A DNA stretch of 64,000 nucleotides from Epiperipatus broadwayi. Its lineage: Eukaryota > Animalia > Onychophora. Positions 12,466 to 25,811 of this stretch are shown piece by piece. The stretch spans positions 23,498,001-23,562,000 of the forward strand of contig JAQFVV010000003.1 in NCBI GenBank assembly GCA_028023455.1, in the 5' to 3' direction. Under the pieces are notes generated by a model. The model was not told the DNA's origin. It was given only the letters and a program-made list of their open reading frames with translations, and did not search any database. The position numbers and the translations under genes were made by a program. The first letter of the stretch is position 1. Each line of letters begins with the position of its first letter.

Positions 12466-15400
12466 TGTCAGGATATTCAAGCATTAGATTAAAAATACTA
12501 GGACAAGCCCAGCACTTTATCTATTAAGTAGAAAATCTGAATTTTTTGGCCATCCATATGTCTTCCAATCTAGCTATCTTATTTAAATAGCCATATGGGA
12601 CTGAACTAACTTCAGATACACCATATATTAATAGCTTTAGCAATATAAAATTGCCAAAGCCTTAATAGCAAAAAATAAAATTACAAATAAATCAAGTCAG
12701 ATGTCACATGACCTAATTTAAACAAGCTTGTGTTACAAATGTTTTATAAAGAGCCAGTAGTAGAAATCGGTTTTGGGGTTTAGAATATTCTGCAAAGCTT
12801 GTTAAGAGCTTATTTGCGAGCTCTTTATAAAACATTTGTATTACAATCTTGTTTAAATTAGGTCATGTGACCTCTGACTTGATTTATTTGTAATGAAATA
12901 ATTAAATGGTTAATTATTTGGAATCTTATATGAAGTTGAAATAACAGAATTGTCTGTTTGTTCTAATTCAAAAACCTTTTGATTCTAAACTCATCACACT
13001 ATGGCTGCACTAATACACACAGATCAATAATCATATGTTGCTAAGAGGTCATGTGACATTCAAGTGTAGAATGTAACCGTCAAGTTTCACTTTGAAAACT
13101 TTTATCTCTTAATTCCATGATTCTAATTCTGTGCTAGACTGAACAGAGTTTTGACCAGAAATTAGTTAGCATATAGATTTTATTATTATTAGACAATTTA
13201 AATATTATCAAAATACCATAAAGAAATATGTAGAGATTCAAACTAGGAACTAAAATCATAAGTGTCATCCAATTTTGACTCTATAGTTATAAATTTGACA
13301 GTCATTAATTGTATAGTCCATATTATGAGACAAATGAAAGTAATAACCATGAGTTATCCTGAGTTGATCGATGGTATTCTAGTTATGTCTAGAAAGTTAA
13401 TACCCAATTAGCCTTACAGTTGGATCTGGAAAAAAATTATTTGGAACTTTATACATTTTTTTTAATAACATAAGTTTTTGGTTGTAGATTCTTGGTTGAA
13501 TATATTTTAAAATTTGAAATAAGTCTTAGGTAGTAAAACTGTATATTGAATGAGTAACAAGTCCAATCTACTTAACTTTTACATACTTTATGTGAGGCAA
13601 CTTTTTTGGAATATTTGGTAGAGGAATAATATATATATAACAAAAACATTACATACAATCATTTTAAATGCTATTATAATAAATAATACACATGCTCACT
13701 TCCGAATAAGACAATACTGTAATAAAAAAATGAGTCATTTTTTTATTAGTCCTCTTTGTATATAAAGAAGATTGTATTGAATACTTACAACAGAAATTAT
13801 GACTACAAAAAGAACCAATGAGAAAGTGTTGCAGTTTTTCATTATAGTCTTGTCACGTGAAATAAGTATAAAAAATTACAGAACTTGATAATTTTTTAAT
13901 AAGATTTTTAAAACAAAATTTATTGCACGCTACAAATGGAGTGACTAATAAAAAATTTCATGAGATTAAAATGGAAGTTTAAGGAAAAATTCAGATCCAT
14001 AAATATGCATTACAATTACCATTGGTGTAATATCTCTCAAACATATTTTAACCTGAAACCACTCATATGTTAAAGGCAAAAAAGTTGTGCTGCTGATTTA
14101 AAAGTACATTAATAATAACTGATATGCTTTTTATTATGATTTTTTTTTTCACTGAGTCTAAGCTAATGAAAAATTGAAGAAATAATAATTGATTTCAAAT
14201 AGGAACAAATATTTTATAAGTCTGTGACAATACATTTCAAAATGAGAAAATACTTTTAATAGCAACAACTCATCAAAATATTAATTGAAAGAGCAGTCCT
14301 GCACTAATGCCATCTATCAGTGATTATCAGATGAAATAAAATTCCTATTTTGAATATTTGAAGCCCCAACTTCAAACTCCTGGGATTCTCAATGATGAAG
14401 GCAAAAGCCAGAAAACAATCTTAGAATAGAGATTTAAATAATAAGGGATTTTATATGCATCTGGCAATCAGTAATTATTTGAATGTATGTTAGATGACAC
14501 TATAGTAAAGAGCTGTTTTTGTATTACAATATTAACAATTTGCCATGGCCCTAAACAGTTTAACACAATGTTATGCTGAAGAGCTAAAAGTTCCTGAATT
14601 GATTTTTAACTGAATAAAAATAATTCTATTGAATGAACTACTGTGCAAAACCCATAGCCTTGCTGTTCAAATATCACAAGACCTCTTAATCAATTGTAGT
14701 ATGATTATCATTTATCTACTTTTAAGGCTAATTTTAAAAGAAAATAGTTTCAAATAAAAAAATAAAATTATATAGCATTTAAAATAATGAATAAAACATA
14801 AATTAGAGATACTTTCAAAGGAATATAAAGGAGATAAAAGGCTGCAAAAAATAAATCAATTGAGATTTCATTAAAAGCTTAATTACCAATATTTAGGACA
14901 TATTGTAAAAAATTGTAGGAGTCTAAACCTTATGGAATTCATTAGACTAAAAATTGTACAGAAAAAAAATGTTGCTTTAGAAAAGGTAAACTAAAAAATA
15001 AAGTTAAGTTGATCTAAGTAAACTTAAAAAAAGAAGAAGCTATTTCTGGTGCATTTATTGCATACACTGAACAAAGTATCACACGACTTGCTCAACAATT
15101 TCATTAACAATAATAATACACTGTATTATTCTAACCTAGAAATAACTACAATAAGCATGAATAAAATTGTTCTTTGTAAATGAGAAGAAAAATCAAAAAC
15201 TGGTATGTGATTAAGTGTATATGCTTATAATATACAGCTATATTATAGTTGAATCTATTGTGAAACTGGATTAATACTTTTAAAGGCCATAGCAAACAAT
15301 CGTAGATTCACACAGTCTGATTTTAGCAAAAAGTACTCACTAAAATTCACCAAAGTCTGTAACAACTCTGCTAATCATCCAATTTATTGACCAGTAATTC

Positions 15401-18400
15401 TTAATTGATGTGATAATCACAAAATAAGCTGGGCGAGTCAGATAAATTTTGATGAGCTGAAAGTAAAAATAAGTAGGTTTTAATAAATCTAATATAACCT
15501 TAAAAAGTTTTTAGGTTAAGATTAAACAGCATTTAAATAGCTGTCACAGAAAAAAGATTTCTCCAACAACCTCTTACAGACAAATAGTGAAGAAGGTAGT
15601 ACCAAATATTAGGTGATGACAATTTGATGAGTTTTTTATTTTCAGTTTTATACAAACACTTTTGCATGTTAGCACCAAATATAATTGATTGCAGAAGACA
15701 AAATAAAACTTTAAGTTATCATCAGTAGTGGAATAATTTATTTGTATCTGAGATAACAAAGTTAGAAAGCATAAATAAATTATATGCGCTTAAAAACTAA
15801 ACATAACTTTGAGTTTACTTGAAATGAACTTTCTGGAATGAGCTCATCTTTTTAGGAAAGAGCTAATTGTAAATTTTTTCAAATGTTATAGCCCAAACTT
15901 ATATATTACATGCATAGTTCTAAAAATGTGTTCTTATTTTTTTTCATGACACAAATATTTAACATATACATTTAAAATTCTTTGTAAAGATAAACTTTCT
16001 TCCCCATTCTGTATTAAAATTGCCTGTTTTTTTTGGGGGGGGGGAAATTGTTTCAGACAATATACCATTCTTTAAAGTATGATAAAATATTAATTTTTCA
16101 TGATAAATTTTTTTGGAGCATTGGTCATGAAGAGAACACAGTCATCATCTTCGATACTGATGGAACATATTCACTGCTTTCGCCTGTATAGTGAATGTTT
16201 TTGTGTTGATGAATTTGTAATCAATGTGTACATCATCATGCACTTAGAATGAAAGTGCACATGTAATGTGACCCAATCATTGGTAAGTACCTGACTACAT
16301 ACAGCCATCTTGATTATGAAGGATGTTTATAATTTATAATAACTATTTGTGTGTGAAAAATGATTTCTTTTTATATAGCTATCTAATTTAATGTACCATT
16401 ACTTTTTTTACTTTTTCTAATTCAGGCAGCCACTTCAAAATGTTTTGGCAGTCTACTAGTGGACTGCAATCAGCATCTTGCCTACCCCTGTTCTAGATTA
16501 TCAGAAATTATTCACCTAAATGTTGCAGAATCATTTGGGAAAAACATCAATGGTTTTTAGCAGCACATCAATTAATTGTTTCACCTTATTTCAATGAAAA
16601 AAAGTTTCCCATTTTACTACTCTAGTGCTATCTAGTATAATCTTGAATAATTAATGGTTACTAAAAATCTGTTTGGTGATATCAATTAATAAAATATATT
16701 AACATCTAATAAATATTGATTATTGTTTACCCACACCAAGAAGAGATGGCTCTAGAATAAAAAATATAAAATTTTTACAAATTTAGATGAATTTGTCTAA
16801 ATTAAGATGTGTTAGAGATGGAAAATTTATAGAAAATAAACTTAATACATCATTTTGAATTTTTCTTTTTTATGAACTTCTTAACTAACTGGTTAAAAGA
16901 GTAGAATAGATAATTTTAAGAAAAAAACAGATAGCTTTTTATAGTTTTAAAAATTGATAAAATGATATGAGTAAGAAGACAGTGCCAGTGTGGCATGCAA
17001 TCATATACAGTTCTAAATCATGAGTGGGCAAGATTTGATTGTAGTCTAGTAATGTCCCACAAAGACATTTTGGAGTGACTGCCTGAATTAAAAAAAGTAA
17101 TGGTAATTCCATGTTACATTAAGTTAGAATAGATTATATTTTATATGCATATAATTATTATAAATGAGCATCAGTTCTTCACAACAAGGCACTGTATGTA
17201 GCTGAGCACTTGTTGATGAATGGGATAAGAGACACACATATCTTCATTCTAAGTACACAAGGATGCATTCTTTAAATACAAATTCAGTGACTTGAAAATA
17301 TTCACTGTCTAAACAAAAGCAGTAAATATTTTCTGTTAGTACTGAAGCCAATAACTGTATTTTGTTGTGACAGGTACTCAGATATAAATAATTCATCATG
17401 AAAAGTTAATATTTTATCATTTTTTAAAGAATGGGTATAGGATCTGAGACAAATTACATTTGAAAATAAGCAAAACTGTTTTAAATGGTTAAAATAGAAA
17501 TATATTCTAAGCAGAAAAATATTTAGAATCCATTAATTTCTATATTAGTTATGTTTCATTGTACTCATTATCTCATCTATAATACATTAATTGACATTAC
17601 AATTTAATGGTTAATAGGTATCCTTTTTTTGCATTGACTAGATGTGGATAAGAGAATCAAATAAATTACTCATTGCACATGTTAACTGGAGTGTCTGCAT
17701 GGGAATTGACATAAATTGAGATAAATCCTTGAATATGCATGCTGATGCAATTATTGCTTCTGGATATTGTCATTTTAAAAAACTATTTTATCTTCTTCTG
17801 TTTCAGTTGAACTTTAATCTTCAGCAGAGATTTGGAAATATTTGATTATATTACAACTAATCATTTGAAATATAAAAGTAAAATGTATTTGAAATTAATA
17901 ATTGTAATATTATATTAAAATAAGCAATAAAGAAATAATGAAGATAGAGAATTATCTATATCTATTAATAGTAGTAAAGTTGGATATACACATTATATAT
18001 ACCACTATAAAGTGACAATAACAACACAGTACAGCAAACTTTTAACTCCTTAGATAGATGGAAAGTGTAATTTAAAAAAAAAAATTGAAATACCATTAAT
18101 AGATCAAAATTATTAGTAATTTTATCGGAATACATTTTCACCCTTACTGGTGAAATTGTAATGCAATCTCTAATCTTAATAAGTCAATTTATTAACAACA
18201 GAATATCAATAACAATTGTGTCTATTTTGGATTAACCTTGCATATACCCTAAAATATTCTCAAATCTTTTACTTCAGTCAAAAACTCAAATTGATGTTTA
18301 AGATAATAATTCTCAGAGTTAAGAACTAGTTCTCAACTGGAAACCAATGAATAGAAAATGTCTTATGATTTTATGTAAGATGAGTGATGAAATTAAAAAA

Positions 18401-18582
18401 AAAAATCTAGATTCTATGGGCAAAAAAGAAAAGAAAAAGAAGCTTATAAAAAATATTTGTAGAAAGATTTTTGAGAGTGAGGAGAGATATTCATAGCTGA
18501 TTATAATACGGGATTCCTTAGAGAGATTGCTAAAAGAGTAGATTTTCTCATTTGAATTTTATAAATGTTCAAATTATCAGCA

Positions 18583-18785
18583 TCAAATTTGATGATTGTG
18601 CGAGAGTGTGGATGAACTGCTTCCAATTCATTCTTCCCTCTGCTTTTCTGAATGCTTCCAATTTGGTTAATCCTATCCATTCTGTGATATTATTCAACTA
18701 CGATAATCTTGGTCATCCTCTTCTTCTTGATCCGTTCATAATTCAGATCACATCTTTTTCAGTTTGTTCATCTGTCTCATATATT
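18583..18785 (-). mobile_element. LINE (RTE-like) ORF2 C-terminal fragment
   Basis: Minus strand reads GSRRRGRPRLS*LNNITEWIGLTKLEAFRKAEGRMNWKQFIH, matching the GxRxRGRP..W..A.R.W end of RTE-type ORF2. Confidence 0.7.
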
Positions 18786-18839
18786 CAAAATAGTGTAACT
18801 GTTAAAAATATATATTATTTATAAAATTATTACAGATGA

Positions 18840-21400
18840 AAGGGGGGGGGGCGATGGTTTGAGCACTTCATATTTTTTTAAGCCATTATCAAAATTATGG
18901 ATTTGCCTCAACTAAGAATTTAATTAATTCTTAGCTGAGGAACAAAAAAAAAAAAGATTATAGGAGCTATTTTAAAATATTTCAATTGCAATTTCTTTAG
19001 AAATAGATATTAGACAATAAATTTAATGTTTTGCAAACACACACTCCAAGACAAAAAGAAAGAAGGGAACAAAACTTATTCTTCTCCGCCCTCTCCCCCA
19101 TCGCTTTTTTCTTAACAGAAAAAACTACAATTCTTAGGAAATCCTTCCGCACTTTTTGTAATACGAATGAATGAACTTAAAAGTTACTTTGTTCTAAATT
19201 TAGAAATTATGTTTACTGATATATTTATTGCTGGAATTACATAATATTTAGTTATATTGTAAGAAAATTTTCATTTCTTTATTTTGGGATTAAATTTTGG
19301 CCAGCGAGAATCTAACCATTTCGTTGTGATACGTTTGCTAACCACGCTGGTCGCAGCGCTGCCGCGAAGTGTGGTAAAATCGTCTGATAGGATTCAGTAT
19401 AGCCTTGTGGGCTTATGAATGGATCGGACCATGGGCTTGAAAAGTTTTTTCATTTTTCTGCTTTATTTTATAACAAGTAATGCAACTGCGTGCCCAAGTC
19501 GTTGTTTATGCTTTCGGACTACCGTTCGCTGCATGTTCCTTCACTTGGACAAAATACCACAAGTTCCTCCGGAGACCACCATTTTGTAAGTATTAGTCTC
19601 AGATCGAATATTTTAATACCCCGTGATAAGATTATGGTTTCTGTAGTTCCTAATTACAATAGAAAATATTCTGACTTAATTAATGCTCAGAAACGGAAAT
19701 AAATCCAGGAGAGATTGCAAATTGTGAACTTTTCACTTTGTTGTAAATATACTTAGCAAAAAGTTTATCGGAATTATTATTTATTAAGAAAAGAGTTAAT
19801 TTTGCTCGTGGTCTTTTTGTTAATAGGCGTCGCTTTAGGTTACCCACTTTAATATAAAATTTCATGAGGATTTTTTTTCTTTTAGTAATGGCTTAATTGT
19901 AAAAGGATATAAACCGTCTGTAAAATGTATATATTATTAATCGGTGTAAGTAAGCGTAATAATGAAATTATTGTACAGTCTTAAGCACACAAAAACGACT
20001 TCCTATTCAATCCACCGGTATTTTTTAATAGTTTGCCTGCATTTCGTTTTTATGTAATATATTACAGATATTCCCCTAAGTTGATTTTTTTTATTCAAAT
20101 ATTTTATACATGTGTGCACAGTACATATATAAAATATTTGTACTTGAAAATGAAAAATTCTACGAATGTCATTATTAATAGGAATACATTTTTGATTGAC
20201 AATCCATTAGAATTTATAGGTTAAACTTTTTACTAAACATTCTTCACCTTTCCCCACCTCCCATCTGCTGAAATTTACGCTCCTTATGTTTTTTTTTTTT
20301 TAAAAAAAGCAGACAACTTTCGTAATTTGCTGCTGAATTATTATGATGTCAAAAAAGAACATTTGTTTCTCCTTTTGGCAATTTAAAAAATAGTTAATCT
20401 CCTTCCTAACTTATAGTAATATTCTATTTTGATATAACTAGTTAAGTTGGATTAGAATGATGGAGAAGAATGTGAGAAGCAAATTTGTTGGCACAATTTC
20501 ATTCAGTTATTAATAGTCGGTAAAGGATAAATAAAAAACAAAAAGAATCCAAGATGGGTAATTCTTTATTATGCCGGATATCCCCCCCCCCCCACAGAAA
20601 AATTTTGGACCATTTTTTTAAAAATATATTATCGTTATAAATAAATAACATGTATATGCGATTAAATGCTAAATAGTATACAGAAAAGCAATATCAATGC
20701 GCACACACATGTTCGGACACCCAATCTGATATTGTGCGTGTATCCGCGAAGTATAGTTTGTAATAATTAAAAATATGTATTCGGGAGAATATTTAATGCG
20801 GGGAGAGTGGGGAGGCTAAATTTAAGATATTCTATTAACTCAAGACTTGTGTCAATTCATTCCCATCTGAATTGTTGCTTTTCTAAGTAAAGAGCGCACC
20901 TGATTATTATAGCTTCATCCCAAATATTCACTTGAACTCTTTTTTTTTAAAAAAAAGTAAAAACTCAGCCGAACTTTTAATCATTAACTAGTTACTCTTA
21001 CACACACTGACGCGTGCACTAATGCTTTTGCTTAATGTCAATTTTCAATCCAAGCTAGTTAAATATAGTAAATTTTAAATTGCCGTTATATTTTTTTGAA
21101 AAGCACTGTATAGTAAAAAAATAAAAAGTGCTTCTGAGGACTTATTGGTATTTTAATTTGTATTTATAATTTGTTTTCTGTATTGATTAGGAACTACTTC
21201 TATGAAGTGGATGATTTAAACTGTATACTGTAATTGGTTGTTTCAAATGATTCTTAAAACATTTGCAATGTATTTTTCTCTCTCTATATATATATTAGAC
21301 GGTATTTTTCAAATTATTTTAAGCGATGTAGTCTTTGCTCACCAACCTCTTTGATTTATTTTAATATAAATTTTAACGAAACCGTGTACACTATTGAGAT
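18840..21400. promoter_or_regulatory. CpG-retaining promoter / first-exon region of peroxidasin
   Basis: CG dinucleotides are visibly frequent here (ctggtcgcagcgctgccgcgaag; gtatccgcgaag; tgacgcgtgc) against a CpG-poor background. GC-box-like CCGCCC at 19086-19091. The region surrounds coding exon 1. Confidence 0.55.
19419..19585 (+). CDS. PXDN: Peroxidasin, coding exon 1 (signal peptide plus LRR N-terminal cap); alternative start ATG at 19431
   Basis: Translates [55 protein letters not shown](L) and ends at a phase-2 GTAAGT donor at 19586. [15 protein letters not shown] is the recognisable peroxidasin N-terminus. Too short for the ORF track in this frame. Confidence 0.9.
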
Positions 21401-22484
21401 GCATACATTTATTTATGACTATATAAATAATTTGTTCAAATTAAATAAAGCATATACTATGATATTTTCCTGAAGGTTTGTGATGATAGTATTTTAGTCG
21501 TATTTATATATTGGACTATTTCCATCATCAAATATAAATTTGAATGTTTTTTAAAAAAATTAACTTTATTTAAAAATTTCGAATACATTCAACTGTTAGA
21601 AATTGCACACAGGTTAGTATATGCACAATGTTTGGAGAGGTATTATTCTCTTCTCTTCTTCAAATATTGCTGGCCTGACCAGTATCCATACTAGCATGAG
21701 AAAGAACCTGGACCCTTATATTTTTAGTAGTAGATTGTTTTAGCTGAAAAGGGTTGATAACTGAAAAGAGATATTAGCACCATAATATGAAAGTATTAAA
21801 AGTTTTTCCTGTTAATTTAATTGGGATTAAAATTTTCTGTGTATGCATGTGCGCCTATCCATTTAATGTAATGGGCATTATATTTATTATATTATGTATA
21901 TCATGTATTTTATTGATACAAAGAGCTCTTATAAATTTAAGATATGGGATGCTAAAAATTGAATTTAGAGGATGGTACAAATAATGATCAACAAGTGATA
22001 ATTATGTCTTTATAGTATTTTGTTGCCTAGTTACTGAATCTGCTTGCAGGCAAAAATATTTATATCAATGATTTTTTTTTATATTTTCCTTTAAGATTTA
22101 AAATTAAATTATTAAAATAAGTTGCCTAATAGCAATATATATATATACAATTAATTTAAATAATAATTTAATATAATTTACTTGTGTACAATCGAGGAAG
22201 GAGAGAAAAAAAGGAAGCATCTATAATTACATAAACCTTAAATGTTTAATGTGAATTGCCTGCAAAACTATATATATATACTCAATATTTTTAAAAATTG
22301 CTCTAAAAAAAGTGTAATTTTTAATAAAATAGTTAGAGAAATATATGCATTTATTGAATATACAAATAATGTAAAAAACAAAAATACTATGTTAATATAA
22401 AATCACATTCCTTTATTCATTGCTTACTACCATACATTAAAACTATTACCAAATTTGCCACTTCCTTTATTTTGCTATAATATC

Positions 22485-22861
22485 TTATATAAATACCATT
22501 TATCCACTACTTTGAACACTTCTTTAGCAAAAACCATTTATTGACTTATATTCATGCATACGTTTTGACTGTTCTGCAGTCTTCTTCAGAGTTATTTTTA
22601 TTTTAATTTTTTTTAAAAGTCTTTAAAAAAAATTATAAAAAAAATTAAAATAAAAGTGGCTCTGAAGAAGACTGCAGGACAGTCAAAATGTATGCATGAA
22701 TATAAGTCAATAAAAGATTTTTGCTAAAAAGTGTTCAGAGTGGATAAATTGTATTTATATTAGAATGATTGCAGGACAGTCAAAATGTATGCATGAATAT
22801 AGGTCAATAAAAGGTTTTTGCTAAAGAGTGTTCAGAGTGGATATATTGTATTTACATTAGA
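22485..22861. mobile_element. HHR family C: palindrome (centre about 22620) plus a tandem second right arm; PLE pseudo-LTR-like
   Basis: Plus 22662-22692: CTGAAGA A GACTG cagga CAGTC AAAA TGTA. Minus 22589-22559: CTGAAGA A GACTG cagaa CAGTC AAAA CGTA. A third copy at 22767-22861 starts in stem II. About 75 nt downstream is shared by all three. Confidence 0.75.
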
Positions 22862-24479
22862 TCTAGTTTGGTTTGGGTTTAAGCATTAGAAATTTTTAAA
22901 TTTTAGGTTCATAACTTGATAGTAGAAAAAGAGTTAAAAATGATTGCCTGATGCATTTGCATTGGTTTCAGCTTTGAATTCTAAATCCTTATTAATAAAA
23001 ACAAAAACTACTCTGGAAATGAGAATTAAGAGTAAAGTATTTCTCTTGAGAGAAAAAAAATATAAGAAAATTTAAAAAAAAACTCACATAACAGTGACAA
23101 ATAATCTCATAATCCAACCTAGTATAACAATTCATAATATTTTGTAAGCCATTGTTATTAACAAAAAGTGTAGAATCTCATAGATAAGCATATAAAATTT
23201 CTATTGCCTTTGTCAGGATAGCCTAATTGGTTTTAGTATCACTTTAAATTTACTATTTATGAATCTAAAATTCCCAGCTTCAATTCCTGTGCTAGGACTG
23301 ACATTGGTCAGATCAGTGACACCCATGATGAGAGAAGAAGAATACCACTCTAAACATGTTAAATAATCTTTGTACTATTACTAATAGTTGAATGACTAAA
23401 AAGTTTAGATAAACTTGAATTTTTCCCAAGACATCTAACAATGGAAATATTCCAATGCATAGACACAAGTAAAATGTCTTCATCACAAACTTTAAAAAAC
23501 AAAACAACCATCAAGTTTATTTTTAACATTACATTGAAAATATAATATTTAAAGTCAAAATTTTTGTACATATTTTCACTATCTCATGCTCACATAATAT
23601 TTTCTGTGTGGTTTAATGCAGGTTTTTAGCATTCAGATATCATATTATCCCCTGAGCAATTAACTATTTAATTGTTAACTGTACAGTTTAATGCAATGGT
23701 AGATCAATATGGATTTAACAGCTAAAGGTTTTTAGATCAAGGCTCAGTTTATCATTTCTGACATTGATTATCACAGACCTTCTGAACAATATTCAATTAT
23801 TTTTTATACGTATAATTACTAGCCATCCAACATTTTCCCTTCAAGGTATTATACAAGTCATTTTTGAGCTAACTTCTTAATTTTTATAATGATTAATAAT
23901 TATTAAATCTGTAAACTTCAACACACATACATTCATCTAATCACTTATTTGTATTATCATATGATAAATTAAAAATAAGCTACACATTCAGTGGCATAGC
24001 TTTCATGAAGCAAACTAAGATGAAGTCTATAGATCTCTTGATCTTAGAGTCCTTTTTGTCTTATAGTACAATATATTCAAAAAATGTTAGAAATATGTTA
24101 GAAATACTAAAAGGGACTTTTTTTTTTAGAAATTTTGTGGAATCAAAAATTCTAGCTATATTACATATTTAAATTGTAAGGACATACTCATTAAGATTCC
24201 AGCTTATTATATTATATCTTGACTTCATAGGCTGTATATTTTTATTATGCAAATTAAGAAATTTAGTACCTAAACCTTTATCTCTATAAATTACTTGCAA
24301 GTCTAGTTTCCCAAAATATTTATTAATTCACATAATTTTGAAAGAAAAAAACTAAAATTCATTACAAACTTTTGTAGTGATTAATAAATGACCATGTAAC
24401 TATTATTATCTAAAGAGAAAGAACCTACATTAATATGGACTGGTCAAATGAATGCTGGAGTGCTCACTGTAAAAATGGA

Positions 24480-24790
24480 TAATTAAATATGAAACAACTT
24501 TCATCACAAGTAAAATAATTGGTATTTATAGAAAAGAAGCTCATGGTTTATATCTACCCTTTTATCTGGATAGAAAACAGATTTTGAGAGCTTCATTAGA
24601 ACATAAAATGATTTCAATAGGGTTTTTGATGATGCAGGTTGAGTTGTGTCACAAATCTTTGCAGAATCAAGGTATAGAAATTCTCTCTTTCATCATACAA
24701 ATCATTTATGAAGAAAAATTATTGTTGACCAAGATTAAGCTGTGTTAGTTTACATTGTAATCATCATTATATTTAAGGATATTTATAGAG
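24480..24790 (+). mobile_element. Degraded RTE reverse transcriptase relic
   Basis: Fragments QILRASLEHKM, DFNRVFD and LQNQGIE..IIQIIYE resemble the RTE RT segment QILEKxxEY..DFxKAFD..LxxQGI. Confidence 0.5.
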
Positions 24791-25358
24791 ATGAAAGATT
24801 TCTGGTTTATTAGTGGAAAAGTCATCATAAAAAGTTCTCTCCTATTATTTGTTTTACAGTTTTGTTTTTGAAATTTCTGATAATTTTTCTCTTAACTTAA
24901 ATTCTGTAATAAATGCATTAATTTTAAAATGAAGTTATCACTTTAATTTTTGCAGAAATTATATCTTTTTTATAAGTGAATGTTTCTTGAAATAGTTTGT
25001 ATGTGGGTTCTATAGCTGTAAAATGCCATTGGATTTGCAAATTAAGTTGTAGAAATTATCTACCTGTCACATTGCACAATTTGTCTATAAGGACCATCTT
25101 TGAGACCAATTTAGTCTTCTAAAAACTTATTTTAATAAATACTAATTTTTCTTCTGAAAAAATAAAAAGTATATATCAGTCAGTTATAACATTACATGTG
25201 AAATATGAAAATTTTATGATGTTTTGGTTTTCATATTTATGTAATTATTTTTTTTTTTGATCAAATATGTAATTATTCTCATAAGTTGTTTATTATAATA
25301 TTTATTCTTAATTTGTTTATTGTTTTAAATTTTAATATTTCTTACTTTAAAATACGAC

Positions 25359-25811
25359 AATATTTTATTAAGGCTGTGAACCTTAAGAGTATGCATCTAA
25401 TGAAAATAGGGACCTCTACAGGTCTTAAACACAAGCTTACGACTTTGGAAGAAACTCTTTACTTCAACCTACTTTCTATATGAATAGGCAAAACTAAATC
25501 ATTTAGATCTGAGAGCATGAAGCTATTCAATACTTCACTGATCAAGTCCACAATTCCTATTACACATTAGTACTCACAAAATCTAATGTGTAATAGGAAT
25601 TGTGGACTTAATCAGTGAAGTATTGAATAGCTTCATGCTCTTAGATCTAAATGCTTTAGTTTTGCCTTTTCATATAGAAAATAGGTTGAAGTAAAGAGTG
25701 GTTCCACTCTTTTCTTCCAAAGCCATAAGCTTGTGTTTAAGACCTGTAGAGGTCCCTATTTTCACATTTTTAGGTGCATACTCTTAAGGTTCACAGCCTT
25801 AATAAAATATT
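25359..25811. mobile_element. Foldback / MITE with about 210-230 bp inverted arms and a 12 nt spacer
   Basis: aatattttattaaggctgtgaaccttaagagtatgca..ggaattgtggac arms, spacer tactcacaaaat (25571-25582). No ORF. Confidence 0.88.

Larger units (their letters stand above)
12031..12894 (-). mobile_element. HHR family B: head-to-tail tandem of about 340-365 bp units plus a terminal inverted partial unit
   Basis: Two units share long blocks such as gagcttgcaa.taagctcttaacaa, ctattaagtagaaaatctga and aaattacaaataaatcaagtcagatgtcacatgacc. Bases 12752-12894 are an inverted copy. HHR motifs at 12087-12124 (-), 12428-12465 (-) and partial 12751-12778 (+). Confidence 0.85.

Noticed and set aside
17795-17830. 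Minus strand CTGAAGA..GAAA hammerhead-like spacing
   Set aside because: Stem II does not abut the core, there is no UH cleavage triplet and no stem I.
19490-19702. ORF-track [14 protein letters not shown]..
   Set aside because: An alternative frame overlapping peroxidasin exon 1 and running into the intron.
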